Positions 1 through 7,330 of a stretch of 37,640 nucleotides of DNA are shown piece after piece. The translations under genes were made by a program, and so were the position numbers. The notes below the pieces were generated by a model, which did not search any database, had not been told where the DNA came from, and worked only from the letters and a program-made list of their open reading frames with translations. Source of the stretch: a virus. Positions within the stretch are counted from its first letter, which is position 1; each line of letters starts with the position of its first letter. The stretch is taken from the IMG/VR virus record IMGVR_UViG_3300021256_000065; one strand, given 5' to 3'.

Positions 1-1
1 A

Positions 2-241
2 AGACGCAACGGCAGTGAGAGAAAACCCACCAAGACCCAGCAGGCAAATGAGGGTCTGAAAGAAGATATGTGGGCTTACGTTTCTGAGAATGGCGCAAAG
101 CGTGCCAATGAGGTCGCTGAACACTTCGCTATCAGCGGTCAGAAGGCTTCGGCTCTGCTGAACGCACTGGTCAAGGAAGGTCGCCTTGACAAGTTCACCG
201 AGAAGCGTGTGACCTACTTCAGGGTTGCTGAGGGGATATAA
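2..241 (+). CDS. C-terminal part of small winged-helix-like protein; paralog of 3530, 4479 and 18004 (partial at window edge)
   Basis: Open frame from the window start to TAA at 239-241. Translation contains KPTKTQ, as do the paralogs. Confidence 0.5.
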   Translation, partial: RRNGSERKPTKTQQANEGLKEDMWAYVSENGAKRANEVAEHFAISGQKASALLNALVKEGRLDKFTEKRVTYFRVAEGI

Positions 242-264
242 TCCCCTCACCGCTACCCTCAAGC

Positions 265-302
265 GTGCCGAATCGTGATTGAAATAAATCCGTAGATTGA
301 GG
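265..302. repeat. 38-nt conserved element, copy 1 (second copy at 4855-4892)
   Basis: GTGCCGAATCGTGATTGAAATAAATCCGTAGATTGAGG is repeated with 1 mismatch. It is flanked by the inverted repeat CCTCAA...TTGAGG. Confidence 0.6.
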
Positions 303-356
303 ACGCTTGGGGGGCGCGCCCGGGCATTCGTTAAAAAAATAACTTTTAAAAAAATG

Positions 357-385
357 TTTGACATTCCAATAGAAAAGGATTATAA
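357..385 (+). promoter_or_regulatory. sigma-70 consensus promoter (TTGACA-17-TATAAT)
   Basis: TTGACA at 357-362 and TATAAT at 380-385. An A/T-rich UP-like tract lies upstream. Confidence 0.6.
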
Positions 386-415
386 TGTAATCATAAAAGG
401 AAAGGAGATACAAAG

Positions 416-718
416 ATGTTCAAAGAAATTAATGGAAAAATTACAGTTACTGCTGTTTGCCCAATGTGCGGAGATGTTAAATTTTTTAACCTTCCTGCGG
501 ACGGATTCAAAGCTTGGCAGGGCGGTGAGCTTATTCAGCGAGCATTGCCTGACCTTGATGCTAATGACCGTGAGCGCCTTATCTCTGGCACCTGCCCCAC
601 CTGTTGGGACAAAATGTTCAGTTTTCCCGATGATGAGGAAGATGATGAACTTTTTGACGACTGCGATTATGAAATGGGTTTTGACCCTTACATGGGGTGC
701 TTTTCAGATGACTGCTGA
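416..718 (+). CDS. small zinc-ribbon protein (CPMCGD...CPTCW), acidic C-terminus
   Basis: ORF with RBS AAAGGAAAGGAG upstream. Ends with TGA. Confidence 0.6.
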   Translation: MFKEINGKITVTAVCPMCGDVKFFNLPADGFKAWQGGELIQRALPDLDANDRERLISGTCPTCWDKMFSFPDDEEDDELFDDCDYEMGFDPYMGCFSDDC

Positions 719-771
719 GGTCATCTGACCCGCCCGGGCGCCAAATTTTTTAAAAAGTTTTAAAAGAGGTA

Positions 772-800
772 TTGACAATCCAAAAGGAAAATGCTATATT
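772..800 (+). promoter_or_regulatory. sigma-70-like promoter driving an untranslated transcript
   Basis: TTGACA at 772-777, a 17-nt spacer and TATATT at 795-800. There is no ORF before the next promoter. Confidence 0.45.
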
Positions 801-806
801 GTTATT

Positions 807-895
807 GTCAAGGGGAGACGCCCAAAGGTGGAGTCTTCGAGAGAGAATAACTAGAGCGCGTAAAGCGTAGCAGGAAAACCTCGATTTTTAAAAAA
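807..895 (+). ncRNA. candidate small non-coding transcript
   Basis: Promoter with no RBS or ORF. A GC-rich segment is followed by CCTCGATTTTT. Confidence 0.25.
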
Positions 896-910
896 TTTTT
901 TAAAAACCTC

Positions 911-939
911 TTGACATTTAAACTTAATCTGTTATAATA
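911..939 (+). promoter_or_regulatory. sigma-70 consensus promoter
   Basis: TTGACA at 911-916 and TATAAT at 934-939. Confidence 0.6.
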
Positions 940-969
940 AAGTTATCAAATGAAAGAGAGGTATTTTAA

Positions 970-1194
970 ATGAATGAAGTTATTGAATTTTGTGGATATA
1001 CTTTAACTGATGATGAGGCTGAAGCTTGCATGGCTCTTTTGCGAGATATTTGGAAAAGAAAAAGACAAGAAAAGCTGATTCAAAAAGCTAAAACATCTAT
1101 TTCTTTTGAAATCTCTAATGCTATTAGTGAGATAGGATTAGAAGAAACTAAAAGAATTGTTAGAGAATTAAATCGTGAATTAAGAGAAAAGTAA
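970..1194 (+). CDS. hypothetical protein (74 aa)
   Basis: ORF with RBS AAAGAGAGG. Ends with TAA. Confidence 0.55.
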   Translation: MNEVIEFCGYTLTDDEAEACMALLRDIWKRKRQEKLIQKAKTSISFEISNAISEIGLEETKRIVRELNRELREK

Positions 1195-1198
1195 ATTT

Positions 1199-1224
1199 AA
1201 GGGGCACAGGCCCCTTTTCTCTTT
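1199..1224 (+). terminator. rho-independent terminator
   Basis: GGGGCACAGGCCCC hairpin followed by a T-run. Confidence 0.55.
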
Positions 1225-1278
1225 AACTCGCCCGGGCGCCCGTTAACAATTCTGTAACAAAATTAATAAATTGTTAAA

Positions 1279-1307
1279 TTGACAAAATAAAAAAGATTTA
1301 TTATAAT
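1279..1307 (+). promoter_or_regulatory. sigma-70 consensus promoter
   Basis: TTGACA at 1279-1284 and TATAAT at 1302-1307. Confidence 0.55.
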
Positions 1308-1333
1308 TGTTACAGAAAGAGAGGTAAAAAGCT

Positions 1334-1498
1334 ATGAAGAACACTTGGAAAATGGAAACATCTAAGGATTTTACCGCATGGGATTTAAATTGCCGAAATG
1401 TAGTCCCCCACAAAAAGCATCACAATGAACTTGAAAAAAAATTAAAAAGAAAAAATCGTAGAAAAGTAAAAATGACGCTTGACATCCTTTCAAGATGA
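1334..1498 (+). CDS. small basic protein (54 aa)
   Basis: ATG follows RBS AGAAAGAGAGG. The ORF is shorter than the 60-aa track cutoff. Confidence 0.35.
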   Translation: MKNTWKMETSKDFTAWDLNCRNVVPHKKHHNELEKKLKRKNRRKVKMTLDILSR

Positions 1499-1507
1499 TG
1501 CTATAAT
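1479..1507 (+). promoter_or_regulatory. sigma-70 consensus promoter
   Basis: TTGACA, a 17-nt spacer and TATAAT. Confidence 0.55.
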
Positions 1508-1537
1508 ACAATTACAAAAAGAAAGGGGAATAAAAAA

Positions 1538-1975
1538 ATGACAATTTGGTTTGACATGGATGGAACAATCGCTAATCTTTATGGAGTTCAGAACTGGCTT
1601 GACTATCTGATGGCAAGCGACCCCACCCCCTACGCAATCGCTAAACCGCTTCTGAGATTGAACGCACTGGCAAGAGTTCTAAATAATCTTCAGCGCAAGG
1701 GTTACAAAGTCGGAGTCATCAGCTGGCTTGCTAAAAACAGCACCGCCGATTATGACGAAGCGGTCACCAAAGCAAAAATTGATTGGTTGACTAAACATCT
1801 TACAAGTGTTGCTTTCGATGAAATCAACATCGTAAAATATGGAACTCCAAAACACCTGTTCGCCACCTGCGAAGCCGACATTCTTTTCGATGATGAGGAA
1901 AAGAACCGCAACGAATGGACAGGAAAAGCGTTCGATGTGAACAACATTCTTGAGGTACTGAAAGGGCTGGATTAA
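1538..1975 (+). CDS. HAD-superfamily 5'(3')-deoxyribonucleotidase-like hydrolase
   Basis: N-terminal FDMDGTIA matches the HAD motif I (DxDGT). The protein is 145 aa and ends with TAA. Confidence 0.55.
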   Translation: MTIWFDMDGTIANLYGVQNWLDYLMASDPTPYAIAKPLLRLNALARVLNNLQRKGYKVGVISWLAKNSTADYDEAVTKAKIDWLTKHLTSVAFDEINIVKYGTPKHLFATCEADILFDDEEKNRNEWTGKAFDVNNILEVLKGLD

Positions 1976-1993
1976 TCCAGCCCCAATTTTTTT
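1964..1993 (+). terminator. rho-independent terminator
   Basis: GGGCTGGATTAATCCAGCCC hairpin followed by a T-run. Confidence 0.55.
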
Positions 1994-2026
1994 GGCCCGG
2001 GCGCCCATTTTTTTTACTAAACCCCT

Positions 2027-2055
2027 TGACAAATCAAAGAATATCAATTATAATT
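2027..2055 (+). promoter_or_regulatory. sigma-70 consensus promoter
   Basis: TTGACA at 2027-2032 and TATAAT at 2050-2055. Confidence 0.6.
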
Positions 2056-2082
2056 GATTTATCAAAAGAAAGGAGCAAAAAA

Positions 2083-2454
2083 ATGAAAACCGCAAAATTA
2101 TCTCTCTTAATATTATTTTTCTTTTTTGCTATTGTTGTTATTTCATCCCCTGCAACTGCTGCCAAAAACGATTTGAAAATCATTAAAACTCTTTGCAAAA
2201 ATAAACCATTTAAAGTGGTTTCCCACAAAGATTACAAGAAAATAGCTCACAGGAAAAATAAGCCTTACATAATAGTTATAAAAATCGTTTCCCGCTCAAA
2301 AGGAAATTATGGTTTTACAAAAGAGGGATATTACATTTCCTATAACAAAAGAGTCAAAGTAGGAAAAAAAGTTACTAGTTACCTTATTTATAATCCAAAA
2401 AACAATAGTCATGATGATGTGCTATGGGTTGTAGATAATGGAAAATATAAATAA
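2083..2454 (+). CDS. small secreted protein with N-terminal signal peptide
   Basis: ATG after RBS AAAGGAGC. Hydrophobic N-terminus LSLLILFFFAIVVISSPATAA. Confidence 0.55.
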   Translation: MKTAKLSLLILFFFFAIVVISSPATAAKNDLKIIKTLCKNKPFKVVSHKDYKKIAHRKNKPYIIVIKIVSRSKGNYGFTKEGYYISYNKRVKVGKKVTSYLIYNPKNNSHDDVLWVVDNGKYK

Positions 2455-2462
2455 AAAACATG

Positions 2463-2492
2463 TTGACTTTTTTCTTAATCAATGATATAATC
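2463..2492 (+). promoter_or_regulatory. sigma-70-like promoter
   Basis: TTGACT, a spacer and TATAAT. Confidence 0.5.
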
Positions 2493-2515
2493 TAATCAAG
2501 AAAGGAGAGATGAAC

Positions 2516-2851
2516 ATGACAAACAAAGATAAGCTGATTGAAAAAATCATGAGAGAGTGTGAACAGGAAGGCGAGCCTGTCACAAGAGAAGAAGCTGAAG
2601 AGATGGCAGAGATGGAAATCAAAGCTAATGGCATCAAGCGGTACGAACAGTCCGACAAACCGCGGAAGACCGCTAAAAAGGAGCGGAAGGTGGACACCAC
2701 AAAGAAACGCCTGCTGATGGATTGCAAGGTGCTTCTTGAAGGTCTTGGTGCTGAGGTTCTCAATGTGAAAACTGAGACCGAAGTCACTTTCAACTTTGAG
2801 GGTGAAGAGTATAGCCTGAAACTGGTCAAGCATCGCCCCAAGAAGGAATAA
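2516..2851 (+). CDS. hypothetical protein; paralog of 4997-5389
   Basis: Shared KPRK..K.ERK...Y.L.L.K.RP.K architecture. RBS AAAGGAGAG. Confidence 0.55.
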   Translation: MTNKDKLIEKIMRECEQEGEPVTREEAEEMAEMEIKANGIKRYEQSDKPRKTAKKERKVDTTKKRLLMDCKVLLEGLGAEVLNVKTETEVTFNFEGEEYSLKLVKHRPKKE

Positions 2852-2867
2852 AAAGGAGGTGCAAAAA

Positions 2868-2957
2868 ATGATTATTATTAAATGGAATAGAAATTATATT
2901 ATGGAATGGCTATGGTTTAAATTTGTCCCAAAAGATTATTGTGATGGAGCAAAATAA
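2868..2957 (+). CDS. tiny ORF (29 aa)
   Basis: Strong RBS AAAAGGAGG 8 nt upstream of ATG. Confidence 0.3.
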   Translation: MIIIKWNRNYIMEWLWFKFVPKDYCDGAK

Positions 2958-2967
2958 TTTTGCTCCA

Positions 2968-3155
2968 TCTTCCAGCGGGGCGCGAGCCTTCGGTTCGCGC
3001 CGAAATTTCCATTGTACCACACCCCGCACTTTTTGTCAAGCAAAATCTGCAAAAAAACTACACAAAATTATATCCCAAAATTAGTGCAACATTCCGATGT
3101 TGACTTTCTAAAAAACTTATATTATAATATGTTTACAAGGTAAGGGAAGGGCAAC
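2968..3155. repeat. 190-bp direct repeat unit A, copy 1
   Basis: Direct repeat of about 85 percent identity with 4045-4232. Each copy holds a GC hairpin, a TTGACT-17-TATAAT promoter and a conserved transcript start, with no ORF. Confidence 0.7.
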
Positions 3156-3243
3156 ACAATCGAGTAGGATGGTCGGCAGAGCCTAGCGCCTTCTGATTAT
3201 TTGAATAGACAGATAGCCACTTCAAAAAAAATAAAAAAACTTG

Positions 3244-3272
3244 TTGACAAATAAAAAATCTTATGTTATAAT
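3244..3272 (+). promoter_or_regulatory. sigma-70 consensus promoter; inverted repeat CTTATGT / ACATAAG flanks the -10
   Basis: TTGACA at 3244-3249 and TATAAT at 3267-3272. Confidence 0.6.
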
Positions 3273-3277
3273 AAGTA

Positions 3278-3440
3278 CATAAGATAAAGAAAGGATTGAT
3301 ACAGCTGATGAGACTTAGGATGTAAGCGTTGGGGCGCAAACGCTATGACATAAAAGAGGCGCAGGGGTAGATACGCGGACGCGGACAGAGTGAGAAAGGC
3401 GGTGGAATTGGCCACCCACCGCTCCCCGAAAAGTTTTTAA
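3278..3440 (+). ncRNA. candidate small RNA (no plausible ORF)
   Basis: Lies between a consensus promoter and the hairpin GCGGTGG..CCACCGC plus CCCCGAAAAGTTTTT. The only ATG gives a 5-aa ORF. Confidence 0.35.
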
Positions 3441-3449
3441 AAAAAAGAC

Positions 3450-3478
3450 TTGACAACTAAATGAGGAACTGTTATAAT
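3450..3478 (+). promoter_or_regulatory. sigma-70 consensus promoter
   Basis: TTGACA at 3450-3455 and TATAAT at 3473-3478. Confidence 0.6.
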
Positions 3479-3529
3479 AAGCACATAAGAAAACAAAACA
3501 CCACTTAATCAAGAAAGGAAGTATCTACC

Positions 3530-3889
3530 ATGACGAAGAGAGAAATGTTCACCAAAATCCGCACTGCTGTTGCTAACGATGCTGAGATGGTCGCCTTCAT
3601 TGACCACGAAATCGAGTTGCTGAACCGCAAGTCCGCAACCCCGAAGAAGCCCACCAAGACGCAGGTGGAAAATGATGGTTTCAAGGCCGAAATCCTTGCG
3701 GCTCTTGCAGAGATGGACTCTCCTGTGACCATCAAGGAACTGTGCGGTGCTTGTGAGGCTCTCGCAGGTCTTTCCAATCAGCGTGTGACTCACATGCTGA
3801 CTGACCTCCGCAAGGATAGCAAGGTTGTTCGCACCTACGTTAAGAAGGTTGCCTACTTTGCCCTTGGCTCTGAGGAAGAGGGGGAGTAA
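3530..3889 (+). CDS. small protein, winged-helix-like paralog family
   Basis: ORF with RBS AAGAAAGGAAG. Similar to 4479, 18004 and 2-241. Confidence 0.6.
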   Translation: MTKREMFTKIRTAVANDAEMVAFIDHEIELLNRKSATPKKPTKTQVENDGFKAEILAALAEMDSPVTIKELCGACEALAGLSNQRVTHMLTDLRKDSKVVRTYVKKVAYFALGSEEEGE

Positions 3890-3903
3890 TCCCCCAACCC
3901 TTT

Positions 3904-3976
3904 GAGGGTGTAGCTCAGTTGGTAGAGCATTAGACTTTTAATCTAAGTGCCGAGGGTTCAATTCCCTCCACCCTCA
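3904..3976 (+). tRNA. tRNA-Lys (anticodon TTT)
   Basis: Cloverleaf GAGGGTG/CACCCTC. Anticodon loop CTTTTAA, T-loop TTCAATT. Confidence 0.8.
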
Positions 3977-4010
3977 TTTTACTATCTTATTTTGTTCCTC
4001 CTTTCTTTGA

Positions 4011-4045
4011 AAAGACACCATCTTTTTAGATGGTGTCTTTTTCAT
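4011..4045 (+). terminator. rho-independent terminator, probably bidirectional
   Basis: 12-bp stem AAAGACACCATC/GATGGTGTCTTT flanked by T and A runs. Confidence 0.6.
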
Positions 4046-4232
4046 TTGGCGCCCCGCGGCCGACCGGTCGCGGGGCGAAACTTCCATTATATCATACTCT
4101 GGGCTTTTTGTCAAGTGAAAATCTGCACAAACATCTCACCGCAAAATTCCCAAAATTAGTGCAATATTCCGACATTGACTTTTTCAAAAAAATTTATTAT
4201 AATATATTTACAAGGTAAGGGAAGTCAACCGC
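4045..4232. repeat. 190-bp direct repeat unit A, copy 2
   Basis: See copy 1. Promoter TTGACT at 4175-4180 and TATAAT at 4198-4203. Confidence 0.7.
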
Positions 4233-4262
4233 TAAAAAAACTTAAAAAGTTAAAAAAAGTTC

Positions 4263-4291
4263 TTGACAAAACAAAAGCCTTGTGCTATAAT
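4263..4291 (+). promoter_or_regulatory. sigma-70 consensus promoter driving a short untranslated transcript
   Basis: TTGACA at 4263-4268 and TATAAT at 4286-4291. Confidence 0.55.
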
Positions 4292-4295
4292 AATC

Positions 4296-4378
4296 TTGTT
4301 GGGTGGTAGAAGCAACATAAAATAAAAGATACCCGTGGAGTTGATGGTACGATAGTCTCCGAAAAAAAACCATCAAAA
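4296..4378 (+). ncRNA. candidate small RNA
   Basis: No RBS or ORF between this promoter and the next. Ends with CTCCGAAAAAAAACC. Confidence 0.25.
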
Positions 4379-4392
4379 AATTAAAAAATCTA

Positions 4393-4421
4393 TTGACAAA
4401 TCAAAAATCTTATGTTAAAAT
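4393..4421 (+). promoter_or_regulatory. sigma-70 promoter with inverted repeat around the -10
   Basis: TTGACA, a 17-nt spacer and TAAAAT. CTTATGT...ACATAAG surrounds the -10. Confidence 0.55.
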
Positions 4422-4478
4422 AAGTACATAAGATAAAACAAAAACAAATCAATCAATCAAAAGAAAGAGGTGTTTATT

Positions 4479-4820
4479 ATGACAAAGAAAGAAATGTTCT
4501 CCAAAATCCGTACTGCTGTTGCTGATAACGCTGAAATGGTTGCTTTCATCGACCATGAGATTGAACTGCTGGAGAAGAAGTCCAGTTCCCCGAAAAAGCC
4601 GACCAAGACTCAGCTTGAGAATGACGGCTTCAAGGCGGAGATTGTCGCCTACCTCACGGATGCTGATGCTCCGAAGAACATCAAGGAACTTCAGGCCGAG
4701 GTCGCTTCTCTTAGCGGTCTGTCCAATCAGCGTATCACTCACATGCTGACAGACCTTGTCAAGGCGGAAACCCTTGTCAAGGAGTACGTGAAGAAAACTC
4801 CGTACTACTCTGTTGCCTGA
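4479..4820 (+). CDS. small protein, winged-helix-like paralog family
   Basis: RBS AGAGG 9 nt upstream. About 60 percent identical at the N-terminus to the 3530 product. Confidence 0.6.
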   Translation: MTKKEMFSKIRTAVADNAEMVAFIDHEIELLEKKSSSPKKPTKTQLENDGFKAEIVAYLTDADAPKNIKELQAEVASLSGLSNQRITHMLTDLVKAETLVKEYVKKTPYYSVA

Positions 4821-4854
4821 TGTGTGGGGCGAAAGCCCCCACACGCTCCAAAAT

Positions 4855-4892
4855 GTGCCGAATCGAGATTGAAATAAATCCGTAGATTGAGG
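4855..4892. repeat. 38-nt conserved element, copy 2
   Basis: See 265-302. Confidence 0.6.
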
Positions 4893-4936
4893 GTATTTTG
4901 GGGCGGGCCCGGGCCCCAAAAAATTTCAAAAAAGGG

Positions 4937-4965
4937 GTTGACAGATAAAAATAACTATGTTATAA
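4937..4965 (+). promoter_or_regulatory. sigma-70 consensus promoter
   Basis: TTGACA at 4937-4942 and TATAAT at 4960-4965. Confidence 0.6.
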
Positions 4966-4996
4966 TTTAACCATCAAGAGAAAGGAAGTACAAAAC

Positions 4997-5389
4997 ATGA
5001 CCTACAATTTGAATGGTAAGAACATCCGTATCCCCGATACTGAAATCACCAAAAGCATGAAACTGTTAAATATTTCTCAAGATGAAGCCGTTCAGATGTG
5101 GCTTGAAGATGAAGGCTATCTTGAAAATGAAGTGGTTGAGGAACTGACCGCAAAAGCCAAGGAAAACAAGGTCAACCATGAAGCAAAAGCCAACAAACCC
5201 CGCAAATCTGTTAAAAGAGAGCGGAAACCTGATGAAGAAAAGGAAAATCTTATCGAAATCCTCGCAAATTGTCTGAAAAATGCGGGATTTGACACAGAAA
5301 TCACCAATAAAAGCAAGATTATTCAGTTTAATGTGGGTGAAAACCACTACAAACTTGATTTAATCAAGCAAAGACCGCCAAAAAAGTGA
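4997..5389 (+). CDS. hypothetical protein; paralog of 2516-2851
   Basis: ORF with RBS AGAAAGGAAG. Confidence 0.55.
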   Translation: MTYNLNGKNIRIPDTEITKSMKLLNISQDEAVQMWLEDEGYLENEVVEELTAKAKENKVNHEAKANKPRKSVKRERKPDEEKENLIEILANCLKNAGFDTEITNKSKIIQFNVGENHYKLDLIKQRPPKK

Positions 5390-5391
5390 AA

Positions 5392-5418
5392 AAAGGGACT
5401 AAAAAGTCCCTTTTTTTC
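5392..5418 (+). terminator. rho-independent terminator
   Basis: AAGGGACT/AGTCCCTT hairpin followed by a T-run. Confidence 0.6.
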
Positions 5419-5486
5419 GCACAATTTGCCCGGGCGCCCGACAAAATGCACAATTTTAAAGCCGCATTTTTGTGTAATTTGCTATG

Positions 5487-5515
5487 TTGACTTTTTTATT
5501 TCTCTCTGCTATAAT
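5487..5515 (+). promoter_or_regulatory. sigma-70-like promoter
   Basis: TTGACT, a 17-nt spacer and TATAAT. Confidence 0.55.
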
Positions 5516-5547
5516 TGCATTATCAAATGAAAGAGAGGAAACCTAAA

Positions 5548-6261
5548 ATGAGCAATTATGTACTGATTATTGACACTGAAACCGCAAATTCTGTTGAACA
5601 GCCTATTCCCTATGATTTTGGATGGGCGGTTGTTGATACTATTACTGGAGAAATCATGGAAACCGCCTCTTATATGTGTGCGGAAATCTTCCTTGACAAA
5701 GAACTGATGTCACAAGCTTATTTTGCTGAAAAAATCCCGATGTATTGGGAAGAAATCAAACAAGGCAAACGTAAAATCACAAATCTTCTTACAATCCGTA
5801 AGGCACTCTGGAATTGTCTGAAAACTTATGATATTTCAGACATCGGCGCATACAATATGGGATTTGACAAGCGTGCTTGCAACAATGATATACGTTATGT
5901 GACAGCTTCCTTCCTGCGGTGGTTTTTCCCCTACAATGTTAGATTTTTCTGTATTTGGCACATGGCTTGCACAAGTTTTCTGAATACTTCAGATTATGTA
6001 AATTTTGCGACAACTCATGGTTTTGTGTCTGAAGCAGGAAATATTCAGACTTCTGCTGAATGCGCTTACCGCTATCTGAAAAATGACCCCTCTTTTGTGG
6101 AAAGTCACACAGGTCTGGAAGATGTGAGAATTGAAGCTGAAATCTTCATGAACTGTCTGAAAACAGGAGATGAAAACATGAAAGACTCAATTTACACCGC
6201 ATGTTGGAGAAATGTTCAGAAAATTGCTAAACAGATGATGCTTGAGGAAGTGTTCGCTTGA
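5548..6261 (+). CDS. DEDDh-family 3'-5' exonuclease (DnaQ/RNase T-like)
   Basis: LIIDTETAN (exo motif I) and HTGLEDVRIEAEIF (motif III, H...D). RBS AAAGAGAGG. Confidence 0.55.
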   Translation: MSNYVLIIDTETANSVEQPIPYDFGWAVVDTITGEIMETASYMCAEIFLDKELMSQAYFAEKIPMYWEEIKQGKRKITNLLTIRKALWNCLKTYDISDIGAYNMGFDKRACNNDIRYVTASFLRWFFPYNVRFFCIWHMACTSFLNTSDYVNFATTHGFVSEAGNIQTSAECAYRYLKNDPSFVESHTGLEDVRIEAEIFMNCLKTGDENMKDSIYTACWRNVQKIAKQMMLEEVFA

Positions 6262-6324
6262 ACACTTCCCCCAATTGTCTGAAAATTCGCGGGGCCCGGG
6301 CGCAAAAATTTTTTTCAAAACCGC

Positions 6325-6353
6325 TTGACAAAAAAGACCTTATTTGATATAAT
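6325..6353 (+). promoter_or_regulatory. sigma-70 consensus promoter
   Basis: TTGACA at 6325-6330 and TATAAT at 6348-6353. Confidence 0.6.
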
Positions 6354-6382
6354 TACATCATCAAGAGAAAGGAGATAAACAA

Positions 6383-6526
6383 ATGTACTTAGTAATTGCT
6401 GAAAACAAAACTGTAAGAACTTGTGACTCCTACAAAAAAGCCTATTGCACCATGGTTTGGCTTCGTTCTATCGCTAACCGCAAAGATGTTATCATTGTCA
6501 AAGATGGTAAAGTGTTAAGGGGGTAG
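6383..6526 (+). CDS. small protein (47 aa) ending in TAG; TAA lies 4 codons downstream
   Basis: RBS AGAGAAAGGAG. If TAG is read through, the protein gains 3 residues before TAA. Confidence 0.35.
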   Translation: MYLVIAENKTVRTCDSYKKAYCTMVWLRSIANRKDVIIVKDGKVLRG

Positions 6527-6530
6527 AAAA

Positions 6531-6728
6531 ATGGATAATGTCGTTCTTGAAATGTTGAGAGAATTGGCGGAGACTTCCGCAGAAGCCTACAAGAAAAATG
6601 CAAAAGCATTTTTTGATGATTACAAAAATTATGCGGATGCTTCTGATATCGCCTACATTTTTTCAAAGGCATTCCGTGATATGTTTTGGAACCTTGAAAA
6701 TGACATTAGAAAAGAAAGGAAATATTAA
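6531..6728 (+). CDS. hypothetical protein (65 aa)
   Basis: ORF with RBS AGGGGG. Confidence 0.45.
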   Translation: MDNVVLEMLRELAETSAEAYKKNAKAFFDDYKNYADASDIAYIFSKAFRDMFWNLENDIRKERKY

Positions 6729-6729
6729 A

Positions 6730-6918
6730 ATGTGGGAAGAAAATGCAAAATACGTTGAACAGGTTTATGGTTGTTATGTAGATTGGGAAGAAAGGTTTTA
6801 TGAATGTCCTGACTGTGGGGAGCCTGTCTATGAATGTGACTGGTCAAACGATGAATTGTGCGATTTCCTTTGCCCTATTTGTGAATTTAGAGAAGAAGAA
6901 GGAGAGGAAGATTTCTAA
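6730..6918 (+). CDS. small zinc-ribbon protein (CPDCG...CPIC)
   Basis: ATG after AAAGGAAATATTAAA. ORF ends TAA. Confidence 0.5.
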   Translation: MWEENAKYVEQVYGCYVDWEERFYECPDCGEPVYECDWSNDELCDFLCPICEFREEEGEEDF

Positions 6919-7073
6919 TGAATTGGGAAGAAAAAATTAAAGAAGGAATGAAACTTATTAAAGAAGGATGTTCAGAACAAACAGAATGGCGGAAATGCTA
7001 TGATTGCTCATTTAACACTTTCTGTGAACTTATGGAAGAAAATAATTATGAAGTTCCTAGTGAAGAATTTTAA
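6918..7073 (+). CDS. small Cys-containing protein (51 aa)
   Basis: ATG overlaps the upstream TAA (TAATG). Followed by a terminator. Confidence 0.4.
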   Translation: MNWEEKIKEGMKLIKEGCSEQTEWRKCYDCSFNTFCELMEENNYEVPSEEF

Positions 7074-7074
7074 A

Positions 7075-7100
7075 ATAAGGCGGAAACGCCTTATTTTTTA
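7075..7100 (+). terminator. rho-independent terminator
   Basis: TAAGGCGGAAACGCCTTA hairpin followed by a T-run. Confidence 0.6.
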
Positions 7101-7139
7101 TAATCATAATTAGATTAATCTAATTAAAATTAGTTAGGA

Positions 7140-7330
7140 AAATGCCGGGCCGCGGGCACTCGTGCCCAGGCCCGTTTCCCCCTCACGCGTACCATATGGA
7201 CTTTTTTTCTGGAACCTTGGCCTATATGGACCCGTCGCGTGGATTCCCGAAATGCGAACCCCGCATATGCATCTCCCTGCTGGAGCCCTACGCGTAACGC
7301 TGGTCATATGGCCGCGTTTCGTGGATCCTT
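7140..7330. other. GC-rich island with repeated CATATGG and ACGCGT motifs; function unknown
   Basis: About 60 percent GC in a genome of about 33 percent GC. Four (C/T)ATATGG-like repeats and two MluI-like palindromes. No credible ORF. Confidence 0.4.

Noticed and set aside
219-728. ORF-track entries 219-413 (-) and 297-728 (+)
   Set aside because: They overlap the well-supported 416-718 gene and its promoter in other frames. No RBS. The GC-palindrome region inflates open frames.
1679-2047. Antisense ORFs 1679-2047 and 1750-1947 (-)
   Set aside because: Antisense to the HAD nucleotidase gene, which has a promoter, RBS and terminator. They have none.
2479-2841. Antisense ORFs opposite 2516-2851
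   Set aside because: No translation signals. The sense gene has a paralog and an RBS.
3133-3793. Minus-strand ORFs 3133-3339, 3315-3512, 3505-3777 and 3509-3793
   Set aside because: They overlap promoter and small-RNA units, and the 3530 gene in antisense. No RBS.
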